DNA of 23,768 bases from a virus (taxonomy: Duplodnaviria; Heunggongvirae; Uroviricota; Caudoviricetes): IMG/VR virus record IMGVR_UViG_2778261225_000015, one strand, 5' to 3'. The notes under the pieces were generated by a model, which ran no database searches, was not told the origin of the DNA, and saw only the letters and a list, made by a program, of their open reading frames with translations. This document shows, piece after piece, positions 16,592 through 23,768 of this stretch (its first letter is position 1; every line of letters starts with the position of its first letter). Position numbers and translations under genes: made by a program.

Positions 16592-16872
16592 TGCCCGCTT
16601 TATGGGGCGGTTTTAATGCAGTTGCATGACCACTCTGGATACGCGCCAGCTGTGGCGGCACACGGCTAGAACGTGCAACCCATGTCGCATGCAAAATCAT
16701 GCGCCTGATGCATGCACAGCTAAAAAACGGGAAATTCGTGGAAAAATGGCATAAAAAACGACTTTGAAAGTGCCGGCCATGGTCAGATTTTCAAGGGCAG
16801 GCTAACGCCTCGCGCGGCTCGTTGTTCAAACCCGCTGACGCCAAAATCTAGTTTTTGCATCAGCGCGTTTAC

Positions 16873-17055
16873 CTATTCAGCCTTATAGAAAATTTCGTCT
16901 TTTTCTTCGTCGCTTTCGCTGTTAGCTAGGCCGGCAATTAGAGTTAGTGCCAGCTTCAAATCTGCCGGTTTGCAGTTGGCAATAAGAGATATCTCGGCGA
17001 TAAATTGCACACAAGCCCACTTTTGCTGCGTTCGGCTGAAATGTTTCCCAACCAT
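16873..17055 (-). CDS. Small SOS-regulated protein, 60 aa, acidic C-terminus; candidate Tum-like antirepressor (function inferred from position and regulation only)
   Basis: ATG 17055 preceded by GGGAGGG with 5-nt spacing; consensus LexA box 21 bp upstream; lies between replication gene A and cos, where 186 carries its SOS-inducible tum gene. Confidence 0.55.
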   Translation of the reverse strand: MVGKHFSRTQQKWACVQFIAEISLIANCKPADLKLALTLIAGLANSESDEEKDEIFYKAE

Positions 17056-17075
17056 GAAATCCCTCCCAATAGGAT

Positions 17076-17095
17076 TACTGTGTATTTATACAGTA
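17076..17095. promoter_or_regulatory. LexA operator (SOS box)
   Basis: TACTGTGTATTTATACAGTA fits CTGT-N8-ACAG with the flanking TA..TA of the E. coli consensus TACTGTATATATATACAGTA; immediately upstream of the RBS of ORF 16873..17055. Confidence 0.7.
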
Positions 17096-17244
17096 TAACG
17101 TATTGGCAAAAGATGGGAAGAGAAAAAGTGAATCGGGTAGGTGTTGTATGTACATGATATGGATGTAAATTAATCACCTGTGAGTTTTGATGTTTCTGCC
17201 AGCACCGCAACACGATTAAGGATTTCCCTAGGCTTTGCCTGAAG

Positions 17245-19392
17245 CTATGGCGCTGCGGAGAAAATTTCACCTTTGGACGTTCCACGCAACCATTTACCGT
17301 TAATACAACTTTTGCCACCTGCTATCAGGTGCAGGGCTTCTCCCCGGCTGATGGTAATGCCGGTTGTCAGACGGATCTCGTCGATAGTTTTTTCTATCGG
17401 AGCACTTTGCTCATCTGTTCCGTGGATAAATTTCGGCCTCTTAGGTGGCTTTGGTTTCCTGATTCGGTTCGTCAGCTCTCGCCTTTCACGTCGACTCAGG
17501 GGTTTTGATAAATCGAGTTCCGGTGGATCGCTTTCGCTTCCCGTACAGTTATTGACAGAACTCCAAGGGACGGCGAAGCCGTCCTTAACGTCAACGGCCA
17601 AATCAACGGCACGCTTCGGAACAATTTTCCATTGCGTGAGCCGGGTTAAAATCGGAGTGCCAACACCAACGGTGGAGTCGTACACACCACGAATGCAGAC
17701 AGTTTCCTCACCATACTGGTTAAACTCGGTGCGCGGTTCATAAAGCGTACGCACCTGCAAATCATCGCGACGGACAAACGGACCGCCCTGCGCATTAACA
17801 TAGCCAGCCCAATCACCGGCATCGGCGGCATCATGGACAGCCGCAAACTCAACACTTAGACCGTGCGCGGTCTCGGTATCTGCAAGGCGACGCAATTCAC
17901 GATAAACAGTCACTGGTGCACCACCGATAAACTGAAACTGACGAATATGCCAGCGCGCCGCCCATGCTGAAACGGCGGGGGCTGTCTCTTTCAACAGTTC
18001 ACCGTTTTCGTCATCGGTTTCGTCATCAAGAGCGTAACCGTCGATATTTTTCGAGATGTATTTCGCGACGTAGCCGGTTGCGCTGCCTTTCTCCGGATCA
18101 ATGGCTTCTGCGTGGAAACGTGCTTTTTTGGCTTTATCGCTTTTGAGTTCGTGAAAATCTTCTTGCCATGCGTAGTCCCGAATAATGCCACGAACGGTAT
18201 CGACGTCCTCCGGGAGCATAAACATCAGCATATGCCAGTGAGGGCACCCGTCATGGTGAGGCTCTGCAACGCGGATCCCGAAAATACGAATGTCTTCACG
18301 GTGGAGTTTTGCGCGAATGCGTGCCCACAGGCCAGTGAGATAACATTGCGTATCGGATGGATTGGATCCATTCCATTTGGTGTTACGGTAGCCTGCCTTT
18401 GTCGTGGCGTGATATTTAGACGGTGCGGTCAGGGTGTAAAACTCACCAACATAACCGAGCTCATTGCAGATATTTTCAAACCCACGAATGCGGGTCATAA
18501 GCTCACAGCGTCGAATCGCAGAGTTAGCGACTGAACCATCGTATTTTTCAATCAGGCTGATACGGTTGCCGTCTTCGTCTTCAAGCTCCAGACCTTTGAG
18601 AAATTCGCGCGTCCGGCGCTTCTGTTCACGCCAGTCTGTCACGCAGTTTTTACTCGCGTAGACATGTTTTTTCTTACTGACATTTCCGATTGCGATTTGC
18701 AGGTGTTCGCGCCACGCAGCCGCAATGCGACGCAGACGGCCACGCCACCATTTTTCCGAAAACATACGGGCAATTGCTGGAGCGACTTTATCCTGATCCC
18801 AATATTTATCCCGCGACCGTTCCCACTCTGGTGGCATTATCCTGAATTGCTGAGTGATGAAACCAGCATGCATATACCAGGCATTTAATGTCTCCAGTTC
18901 ACACATGTCAGAATCGTCAATGTTGACTAACTCTGCACGGATAAAATCGGCGATATCAGCAGCCAGCAGGTCGATGTCGGCGCGTGCCATATCCGGGAGT
19001 CGGTTGTATCTGGCGACTATGTTGACCATGCGAGACGCCAGATATTGCATAAGCTGAGTATCGAAATGACAACCGAAAACAGCGGCTGATACGTTGCTGT
19101 TAATACCGGTACACTCGTATTTTTTTGCGACCAGTTCAAAACGCGGCAATGCCTTTTTGCAGAAGCTTATTAAAAAAGCATTGGCTCGTTGACTGCCCTG
19201 ATTTTGCTCCAGCACCGCAGCAGTGCGATAAACGTCAAAACGTACACACTCGGGCTGGAGGGAAAGCACCTTTCTAGCATGCAGCAAAGCCGCGAGCATA
19301 CGGTCGCGGCGATACTGTTGGTCGTAGGTAAGATATGGACTGGCTATTGCCGACCGTGGAGCATTCCACGGAAACGCGAATTGAACAGCCAA
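17245..19392 (-). CDS. A: Replication initiation protein A (rolling-circle replication endonuclease, P2/186 gpA family)
   Basis: 715 aa, gpA-like size and position; the first codon is TTG at 19392 with GGGGGA 7 nt upstream, directly after the stop of the upstream zinc-finger gene; no in-frame ATG near the 5' end. Confidence 0.85.
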   Translation of the reverse strand: MAVQFAFPWNAPRSAIASPYLTYDQQYRRDRMLAALLHARKVLSLQPECVRFDVYRTAAVLEQNQGSQRANAFLISFCKKALPRFELVAKKYECTGINSNVSAAVFGCHFDTQLMQYLASRMVNIVARYNRLPDMARADIDLLAADIADFIRAELVNIDDSDMCELETLNAWYMHAGFITQQFRIMPPEWERSRDKYWDQDKVAPAIARMFSEKWWRGRLRRIAAAWREHLQIAIGNVSKKKHVYASKNCVTDWREQKRRTREFLKGLELEDEDGNRISLIEKYDGSVANSAIRRCELMTRIRGFENICNELGYVGEFYTLTAPSKYHATTKAGYRNTKWNGSNPSDTQCYLTGLWARIRAKLHREDIRIFGIRVAEPHHDGCPHWHMLMFMLPEDVDTVRGIIRDYAWQEDFHELKSDKAKKARFHAEAIDPEKGSATGYVAKYISKNIDGYALDDETDDENGELLKETAPAVSAWAARWHIRQFQFIGGAPVTVYRELRRLADTETAHGLSVEFAAVHDAADAGDWAGYVNAQGGPFVRRDDLQVRTLYEPRTEFNQYGEETVCIRGVYDSTVGVGTPILTRLTQWKIVPKRAVDLAVDVKDGFAVPWSSVNNCTGSESDPPELDLSKPLSRRERRELTNRIRKPKPPKRPKFIHGTDEQSAPIEKTIDEIRLTTGITISRGEALHLIAGGKSCINGKWLRGTSKGEIFSAAP

Positions 19393-19393
19393 T

Positions 19394-19615
19394 TCATATC
19401 CCCCGATAATGCTTTGATTTAAGCTCGGCGATTTGCTGGCAGGTCACGCACAAGCCCACACCCGGAAGCGCGATTCGTCGGGCTTCCGGAATTGGTACGT
19501 CACATACTTCACAGAGGAAACGAGAAGGCACAGTAATACGGCTGCGCGCGTTGTTGATATGGCGCTCGCGCTCGGCTTGTTCGCGCTCCTGTACTCCATC
19601 CATAACATCGGCCAT
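19394..19615 (-). CDS. TraR/DksA-family C4 zinc-finger protein
   Basis: 73 aa with CxxC...17 residues...CxxC (CEVCDVPIPEARRIALPGVGLCVTC); AGGAG upstream of ATG 19615. Confidence 0.75.
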   Translation of the reverse strand: MADVMDGVQEREQAERERHINNARSRITVPSRFLCEVCDVPIPEARRIALPGVGLCVTCQQIAELKSKHYRGI

Positions 19616-19842
19616 TAGTGCAACTCCTGAGATTCGTTTTCAAAGCGGGTGGCTTCACGGCGCAGCAGTTCAGCGGCTTCTTTGCCGTTCATGCCTTCTT
19701 TGGTTATATGGATAGCCAGCGCCTCAAGACGGATTGAAACGGCGAGTGCACGGTCTTTGCGTTCTTCTTTTTTGGCATCTGTCAGCAGCACGGCCAGCGC
19801 GTCACTATCAGTATTAAAACTACGGGGTTCGGTATTGCGCAT
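19615..19842 (-). CDS. Hypothetical early-region protein, 75 aa
   Basis: ATG 19842 preceded by AGGAGA; start/stop overlap with the downstream zinc-finger gene. Confidence 0.6.
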   Translation of the reverse strand: MRNTEPRSFNTDSDALAVLLTDAKKEERKDRALAVSIRLEALAIHITKEGMNGKEAAELLRREATRFENESQELH

Positions 19843-19911
19843 AACTAACTCTCCTGATTTCGGGCAATAAAATGCCCGGCGGGTTTACGCCAGATAATTA
19901 ATTGTGATTAA

Positions 19912-20112
19912 TTAGCTATAGCCAAATACAACGGCAGGTTTACTTTTCAACTGGCTGATAATTTCAGCTTTCAGGCCATCCTTAAACTCTTTGCAGCATT
20001 CCCACTCAGGGTCAACCCGAAGTATTGCACCGTCGCGAGTTTTAATTTCAAAACCGTCTTCCATATTCGGAATCATGGCTCCTAAAACAATTCTTAATTC
20101 ATCGCGTGACAT
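19912..20112 (-). CDS. Hypothetical early-region protein, about 66 aa
   Basis: Start taken at internal ATG 20112 (MSRDELRIVLG...) with AAGGGA upstream; the ORF-track start at 20151 would overlap the neighbouring ORF. Confidence 0.5.
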   Translation of the reverse strand: MSRDELRIVLGAMIPNMEDGFEIKTRDGAILRVDPEWECCKEFKDGLKAEIISQLKSKPAVVFGYS

Positions 20113-20359
20113 GTTTAATCCCTTTAATAATAAAGTGGACAATACGAACAATTAAAAAGCCTGACGACTTCGGCGGCTTTGTTTCCAGCCCTTTTAATAA
20201 TTCGGACTGTGAGCAGCACGGATGCCAGCGCCTGCCATCTTTCCCCGCAATCCAGCCGTGACCGTAATGCATGCCGGGACTTTGCTTAACGAGCAGAGAA
20301 GCGAATGAAGGTTCATTTTTCAGCACAGGTACCTCATACCAAACCGAATGTTGCGCCAA
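20099..20359 (-). CDS. Hypothetical small protein downstream of cII (at the position of 186 fil/dhr); start uncertain
   Basis: ORF begins with TTG at 20359 inside the cII 3' end; alternative ATG at 20272 has a weak RBS. Low confidence that it is expressed as annotated. Confidence 0.25.
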   Translation of the reverse strand: MAQHSVWYEVPVLKNEPSFASLLVKQSPGMHYGHGWIAGKDGRRWHPCCSQSELLKGLETKPPKSSGFLIVRIVHFIIKGIKHVTR

Positions 20360-20843
20360 TGCCGGTCATGGTGTCGACGACGCTCGACATTGCCGGGTTA
20401 GCCTGGAGGCGAGCCTGTAACGCCAGCGCCGACAATGACAGCATGCGAATACCGGCGTTAACGCTTTCAACCATGTTGTGTTTACGAGCAGAGGTCAGGC
20501 GTTCATCAGATGCAGCACCGTTCGCCAGTTCGCCGAGTTCGCTCATTGCGCGCATGACATAGGACTGCAATTTATCTTTAGCCAACTCATTAACCGGCAC
20601 ACAAGGTAGACAATGGATCTGCGCCAGAAAGCCATCAACGAGGGTTGAGTCTTCGGTCAGATCAGTCAGCAGCCATAACTCAGGCGGTGTGAACTGGTGA
20701 GGCTGTTCCGGGTTAAGTTTGTTACGTAACGTCTGAACATTCATACCCGCATGCTCGGCCAGCTTCGCCATATTGTGACGCTGCGCGAAAGCCCGGCACG
20801 CTTCGTCATAGTGGGGATGTTTGGAAATTTGAAAATCAAACAT
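20334..20843 (-). CDS. cII: CII-type lysogeny-establishment transcriptional activator (phage 186 CII-like)
   Basis: 169 aa, the length I recall for 186 CII; N-terminus MFDFQISKHPHYDEACRAFAQRHNMAKLAE matches 186 CII as recalled; GAGGG upstream of ATG 20843. Confidence 0.85.
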   Translation of the reverse strand: MFDFQISKHPHYDEACRAFAQRHNMAKLAEHAGMNVQTLRNKLNPEQPHQFTPPELWLLTDLTEDSTLVDGFLAQIHCLPCVPVNELAKDKLQSYVMRAMSELGELANGAASDERLTSARKHNMVESVNAGIRMLSLSALALQARLQANPAMSSVVDTMTGIGATFGLV

Positions 20844-20878
20844 GTATTTTCCCTCGCTATCTTAAATAATCGAGTTTC

Positions 20879-21103
20879 TTAGGCTGCCACATAGCGGCAA
20901 TTAAGGCCCTGAGCCAAGAGTCGAGCACGGAAGGCAACCATATTGATACGCGCAGCACCACCGTCTTTTTTACGGGGCATCAGGAGGAGATCTCCATCAG
21001 CAACCATCTGTTTTACAGTGCGAATGCTGTAGCCGTAGCATTCAGCAAATTCGTCATAAGTCATGAGATCCGCGCCGGACGGGATTGCAATTTGTGGAGT
21101 CAT
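20879..21103 (-). CDS. apl: Apl/Cox-like excisionase and switch repressor (small HTH protein)
   Basis: 74 aa, first gene of the lytic transcript divergent from cI; HTH-like segment MTYDEFAECYGYSIRTVKQMVADG. Confidence 0.7.
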   Translation of the reverse strand: MTPQIAIPSGADLMTYDEFAECYGYSIRTVKQMVADGDLLLMPRKKDGGAARINMVAFRARLLAQGLNCRYVAA

Positions 21104-21189
21104 AAGTAATCATCTCCGGTTACTAGTTGGTTTGGTGCATTGGCGTGCATTTTTAAATTCAAGCGAGAATCTTATCTCGAAAAAGCGAG
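21104..21189. promoter_or_regulatory. Lysis/lysogeny switch region between apl and cI (promoters and operators)
   Basis: 86-bp gap between divergent apl and cI with direct repeats AAGCGAGA (21161..21168 and 21183..21190), a near-palindrome CGAGAATCTTATCTCG (21164..21179) and GTGCAT repeats (21135..21150). Confidence 0.5.
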
Positions 21190-21807
21190 ATGTCAATTTG
21201 GATTTTCGCGATAACTCGGATTTTTAAGATGAAATTGGATGAGTTAGAGGGTGGAAAAGCAGTGCTGCAGCGCATCCTTGATGCGTATGGCTTCACCATG
21301 CAAAAACAACTCGGTGACTTGCATGAGCTGTCATCGGGAACAATCAGCACTTGGGTTCGGCGTAATTTTTTCCCCGGGGATGTTGTTGTTGCATGCGCTT
21401 TGGACACTGGGGTGTCTTTACGTTGGTTGGCAACAGGGAAGGGGAACAAGTTTGATGCAGACCATACTAATGGCGAAATGAAAACATTAGACCGATTGGA
21501 TATTGTTGCAGGTAAGCTGCAGGAAAACGGTCATTGGATTGTTGATGCTAACCTCTTTTCTACTGAGGCGACGCACCCCAATTACATAGTAAAAGGCCAG
21601 CAGTCCTGGATAGTTGATTTTGATATGACTGATATAGCAAATGGGCGATGGATGCTCAGTATCGACGGGGATCATGATGTCTATGACGTTGCAAGGATCC
21701 CGGGGAACAGAATAAAAGTCAGCAACGCTGATGCCGATTTTCAATGCTCAGTTTCTGAGGTTAAGTGTATTGGCATGGTGCTGGTAAGCCTGACGAAATC
21801 TAGCTAA
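21190..21807 (+). CDS. cI: CI-type immunity repressor
   Basis: HTH-containing N-terminal domain (LQRILDAYGFTMQKQLGDLHELSSGTISTWV) plus C-terminal oligomerisation domain; immediately upstream of int on the same strand as in 186. Alternative start ATG 21229. Confidence 0.8.
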   Translation: MSIWIFAITRIFKMKLDELEGGKAVLQRILDAYGFTMQKQLGDLHELSSGTISTWVRRNFFPGDVVVACALDTGVSLRWLATGKGNKFDADHTNGEMKTLDRLDIVAGKLQENGHWIVDANLFSTEATHPNYIVKGQQSWIVDFDMTDIANGRWMLSIDGDHDVYDVARIPGNRIKVSNADADFQCSVSEVKCIGMVLVSLTKSS

Positions 21808-21811
21808 CGAT

Positions 21812-22849
21812 ATGAGTGTTAAAAAACTGACATCGGGTGAATGGCTTTGTGATTTCCGCGTCGACGGGGCTGAAAGTCGCCGCGTGCGTAAGAAGTTTTC
21901 AACCAAAGGTGAAGCCGTTGCCTTCGAGCAGTATTACCGAGAAGAGGCACAAAATAAGCCGTGGATGGGTGAGAAGGAAGACCGTCGACGTTTGAGTGAA
22001 CTGATTGAGCTGTGGCATAACCTCCATGGCCAGTCGCTCGCTGCCAGCAAATCGCGATTGGCCAAACTGCACATTGTTTGCCGGGGTCTTGGCGACCCAA
22101 TCGCTACCCAGCTTACCGCCAAAGATTTCGCCCATTATCGGGATAAACGTCTCAAGGGTGAAATCGACAATGGCTATCACGCAAATTCTGAAAAGTGGAT
22201 TGCGAAACCTGTGACTGTGAACCGGGAACAACAGTACCTCGAAGCTGTTTTCAATGAGCTGAAGCGCTTGGGTGAGTGGAGTCTGCCAAATCCTCTCGAA
22301 GGTGTGCGAGTTTTCAAAGAAGCCGAAAAAGAAATGTCTTGGCTTACCCAGCCTCAAATTCGCGAAGTGCTCAATGCTTGTGAGTCATACGGGAAAATTT
22401 ATTTAACCCGTATCGTCAAAGTGTGCTTAGCGACTGGTGCTCGATGGAGCGAGGCCGAGCGTCTTACTCGTTCACAGCTTTCACCCCACAAGTTGACTTT
22501 CACTAAAACGAAGGGAAAGAAGAATCGTACAGTACCGATCCCTCGGTGGCTATATGACGAGTTGGCTCCTTTACAGGGAAAAATGTTCCACCCCTGCTAT
22601 CAGGAGTTCAAGAAAATGCTCGCTCTGACCGATATAGAGTTAGCTGAAGGGCAAAAAACGCATGTGTTACGTCATACATTTGCGAGTCACTTTATGATGA
22701 ATGGTGGGAACATTTTAGTACTGCAACGAATCTTGGGCCATTCTAACATTAGGGAAACCATGAGATACGCTCATTTTGCACCAGATCATTTAGAAGAAGC
22801 TGTAACTCTTAACCCTATTTCTAATTTAACAGGATTATATGATGAGTGA
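21812..22849 (+). CDS. int: Tyrosine-recombinase integrase
   Basis: 345 aa; C-terminal catalytic block HVLRHTFASHFMMNGGNILVLQRILGHSNIRETMRYAHF (R..H-x-x-R...Y signature). Confidence 0.9.
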   Translation: MSVKKLTSGEWLCDFRVDGAESRRVRKKFSTKGEAVAFEQYYREEAQNKPWMGEKEDRRRLSELIELWHNLHGQSLAASKSRLAKLHIVCRGLGDPIATQLTAKDFAHYRDKRLKGEIDNGYHANSEKWIAKPVTVNREQQYLEAVFNELKRLGEWSLPNPLEGVRVFKEAEKEMSWLTQPQIREVLNACESYGKIYLTRIVKVCLATGARWSEAERLTRSQLSPHKLTFTKTKGKKNRTVPIPRWLYDELAPLQGKMFHPCYQEFKKMLALTDIELAEGQKTHVLRHTFASHFMMNGGNILVLQRILGHSNIRETMRYAHFAPDHLEEAVTLNPISNLTGLYDE

Positions 22850-23768
22850 GCCAACCATCGAAACACCTCCAAGAATGACCGAGGCCAAAGTCATTAGGGT
22901 ACGCACTCGTGGTTTTTATAATTTAGTTGAGATAGGTGCAGTCTTTCTAGTTGCAAATGTAATTTTTGCTACAGGGATATTAGACTCAACCTTTTATTAT
23001 TTATTTCCCAGTGCGAGAGCAGATCTTACACATTTGCCGAGCTTTATCAGGTCAATATTCGCAGTGTCATTTGTAATCGTTTACACCATTATCTATGGTG
23101 TGTCTCCAATCCAAAGAATGTTTATGAGAATTACAGGGAGTGATTCAGTCGACAAATCATCGATGTTTAATATTGTCGATATTATAAATGAGATAAAACT
23201 ACTCAAGAAGGCTCAAGAGGAAAGGGCTGCTGCTGATGAAGATGAATCTCTGGATTTTTATCTTAAAGGTTTGATTAATAGCTCTGAAGGTCTTGCGAAA
23301 AACATATATTCTCGCGGTAGTCTTTATTTATTAGTCGGTGTTTGTTTTGCAATAGTTGGATTAGGTTTCTTCTATTCTCAATCACATGTAATTGATGCTA
23401 AGGATGATGCGGTAACCAAGGTAATGTATCTTCTCCCTAATTTTGGCGTGTTGATTTTCTTGGAGTTAATCGCATTTTTCTTTTTGAAGCAATATCGGGT
23501 TACGATGGATGAGTTTCGCTATTACGAGGCAATAAAACGTTCACGTGAGGAAAGCTATGCCATTATAAAGCTTGTAATGGCTAGCCAGAAAGATATCGAT
23601 ATGATAGACCTTCTGGATAAAATTAATTTTAGCTCAAGAGTTGGAAAACTAGAATCAGGGCAGACTACTGAAATTATTGAAGCAAGAAAATTAGACAAAA
23701 ATGAACTTGAAACCTTAGTAAAGCTTACCGAGGCAGTTGCGGGTAAGATTGGACAGGGAAATAAGTAG
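22839..23768 (+). CDS. Integral membrane protein, 309 aa, four predicted TM helices with cytoplasmic loop and tail; cargo gene downstream of int
   Basis: AGGA upstream of tandem ATGs at 22839/22842; overlaps the int stop by 11 nt; AT-rich; stop codon is the last three bases of the window. Confidence 0.7.
   Translation: MMSEPTIETPPRMTEAKVIRVRTRGFYNLVEIGAVFLVANVIFATGILDSTFYYLFPSARADLTHLPSFIRSIFAVSFVIVYTIIYGVSPIQRMFMRITGSDSVDKSSMFNIVDIINEIKLLKKAQEERAAADEDESLDFYLKGLINSSEGLAKNIYSRGSLYLLVGVCFAIVGLGFFYSQSHVIDAKDDAVTKVMYLLPNFGVLIFLELIAFFFLKQYRVTMDEFRYYEAIKRSREESYAIIKLVMASQKDIDMIDLLDKINFSSRVGKLESGQTTEIIEARKLDKNELETLVKLTEAVAGKIGQGNK

Larger units (their letters stand above)
1..23768. mobile_element. 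P2/186-family prophage, partial; both prophage ends lie outside the window
   Basis: Near-complete syntenic set of P2-type late genes (H,I,J,W,V,S,R,lysis,X,L,M,N,O,P,Q) plus 186-type early region (A, cII, apl, cI, int); recognised from ORF translations and gene order, not from a search. Confidence 0.9.

Noticed and set aside
16457-16700. ORFs 16457..16669 (plus) and 16515..16700 (minus) spanning the cos-like site.
   Set aside because: They cover the cos region, lack RBSs, and the region is better explained as non-coding packaging DNA.
16956-17318. 120-aa minus-strand ORF overlapping both the 3' end of A and the LexA box/SOS ORF.
   Set aside because: It conflicts with two better-supported features (the A stop region and the LexA-box-plus-RBS-plus-ORF arrangement) and has no RBS of its own.
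19863-19915. Short inverted repeats CGGGCA-ATAAAA-TGCCCG (about 19863..19880) and TAATTAAT-TGTG-ATTAATTA (about 19896..19915) between small early genes.
   Set aside because: Too short and lacking an adjacent U-tract to call terminators; they may be regulatory, but nothing distinguishes them from chance in AT-rich intergenic DNA.
1-23768. CRISPR arrays, tRNA/rRNA genes, IS elements or transposases.
   Set aside because: No regularly spaced direct repeats with unique spacers, no transposase-like ORF, and nothing recognisable as a tRNA or rRNA by eye; the attachment site, often a tRNA 3' end, appears to lie beyond the right edge.

Overview
This window is about 24 kb of a P2/186-family temperate prophage (Enterobacteriaceae-type, GC-rich backbone), lying in reverse orientation to the canonical P2 map. 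Left to right: an invertible tail-fibre cassette cut by the left edge (alternate Tfa, Tfa, tail fibre H with an internal hix/gix-like site), baseplate I/J/W/V, an AT-rich cargo gene, tail completion S/R, a lysis cassette (overlapped spanins, SAR endolysin, holin), X, L, terminase M, capsid N and scaffold O on the minus strand, then divergent terminase P and portal Q on the plus strand. Next come an AT-rich two-gene operon, a cos-like site, a LexA-box-controlled small ORF, replication initiator A, small early genes, a 186-type CII/Apl/CI switch, integrase, and an AT-rich membrane-protein gene that ends exactly at the right edge. All calls rest on reading the supplied ORF translations, hand-checked start/stop/RBS positions, and P2/186 protein sequences and synteny recalled from memory; no BLAST or HMM search was possible. 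The best candidates for an undescribed system are the translationally coupled soluble-protein plus 4-TM-protein operon between portal and cos (14835..16501) and the 447-aa protein with a TIR-like/DUF4062-like N-terminus between S and V (4622..5965). A third cargo gene sits downstream of int (22839..23768).
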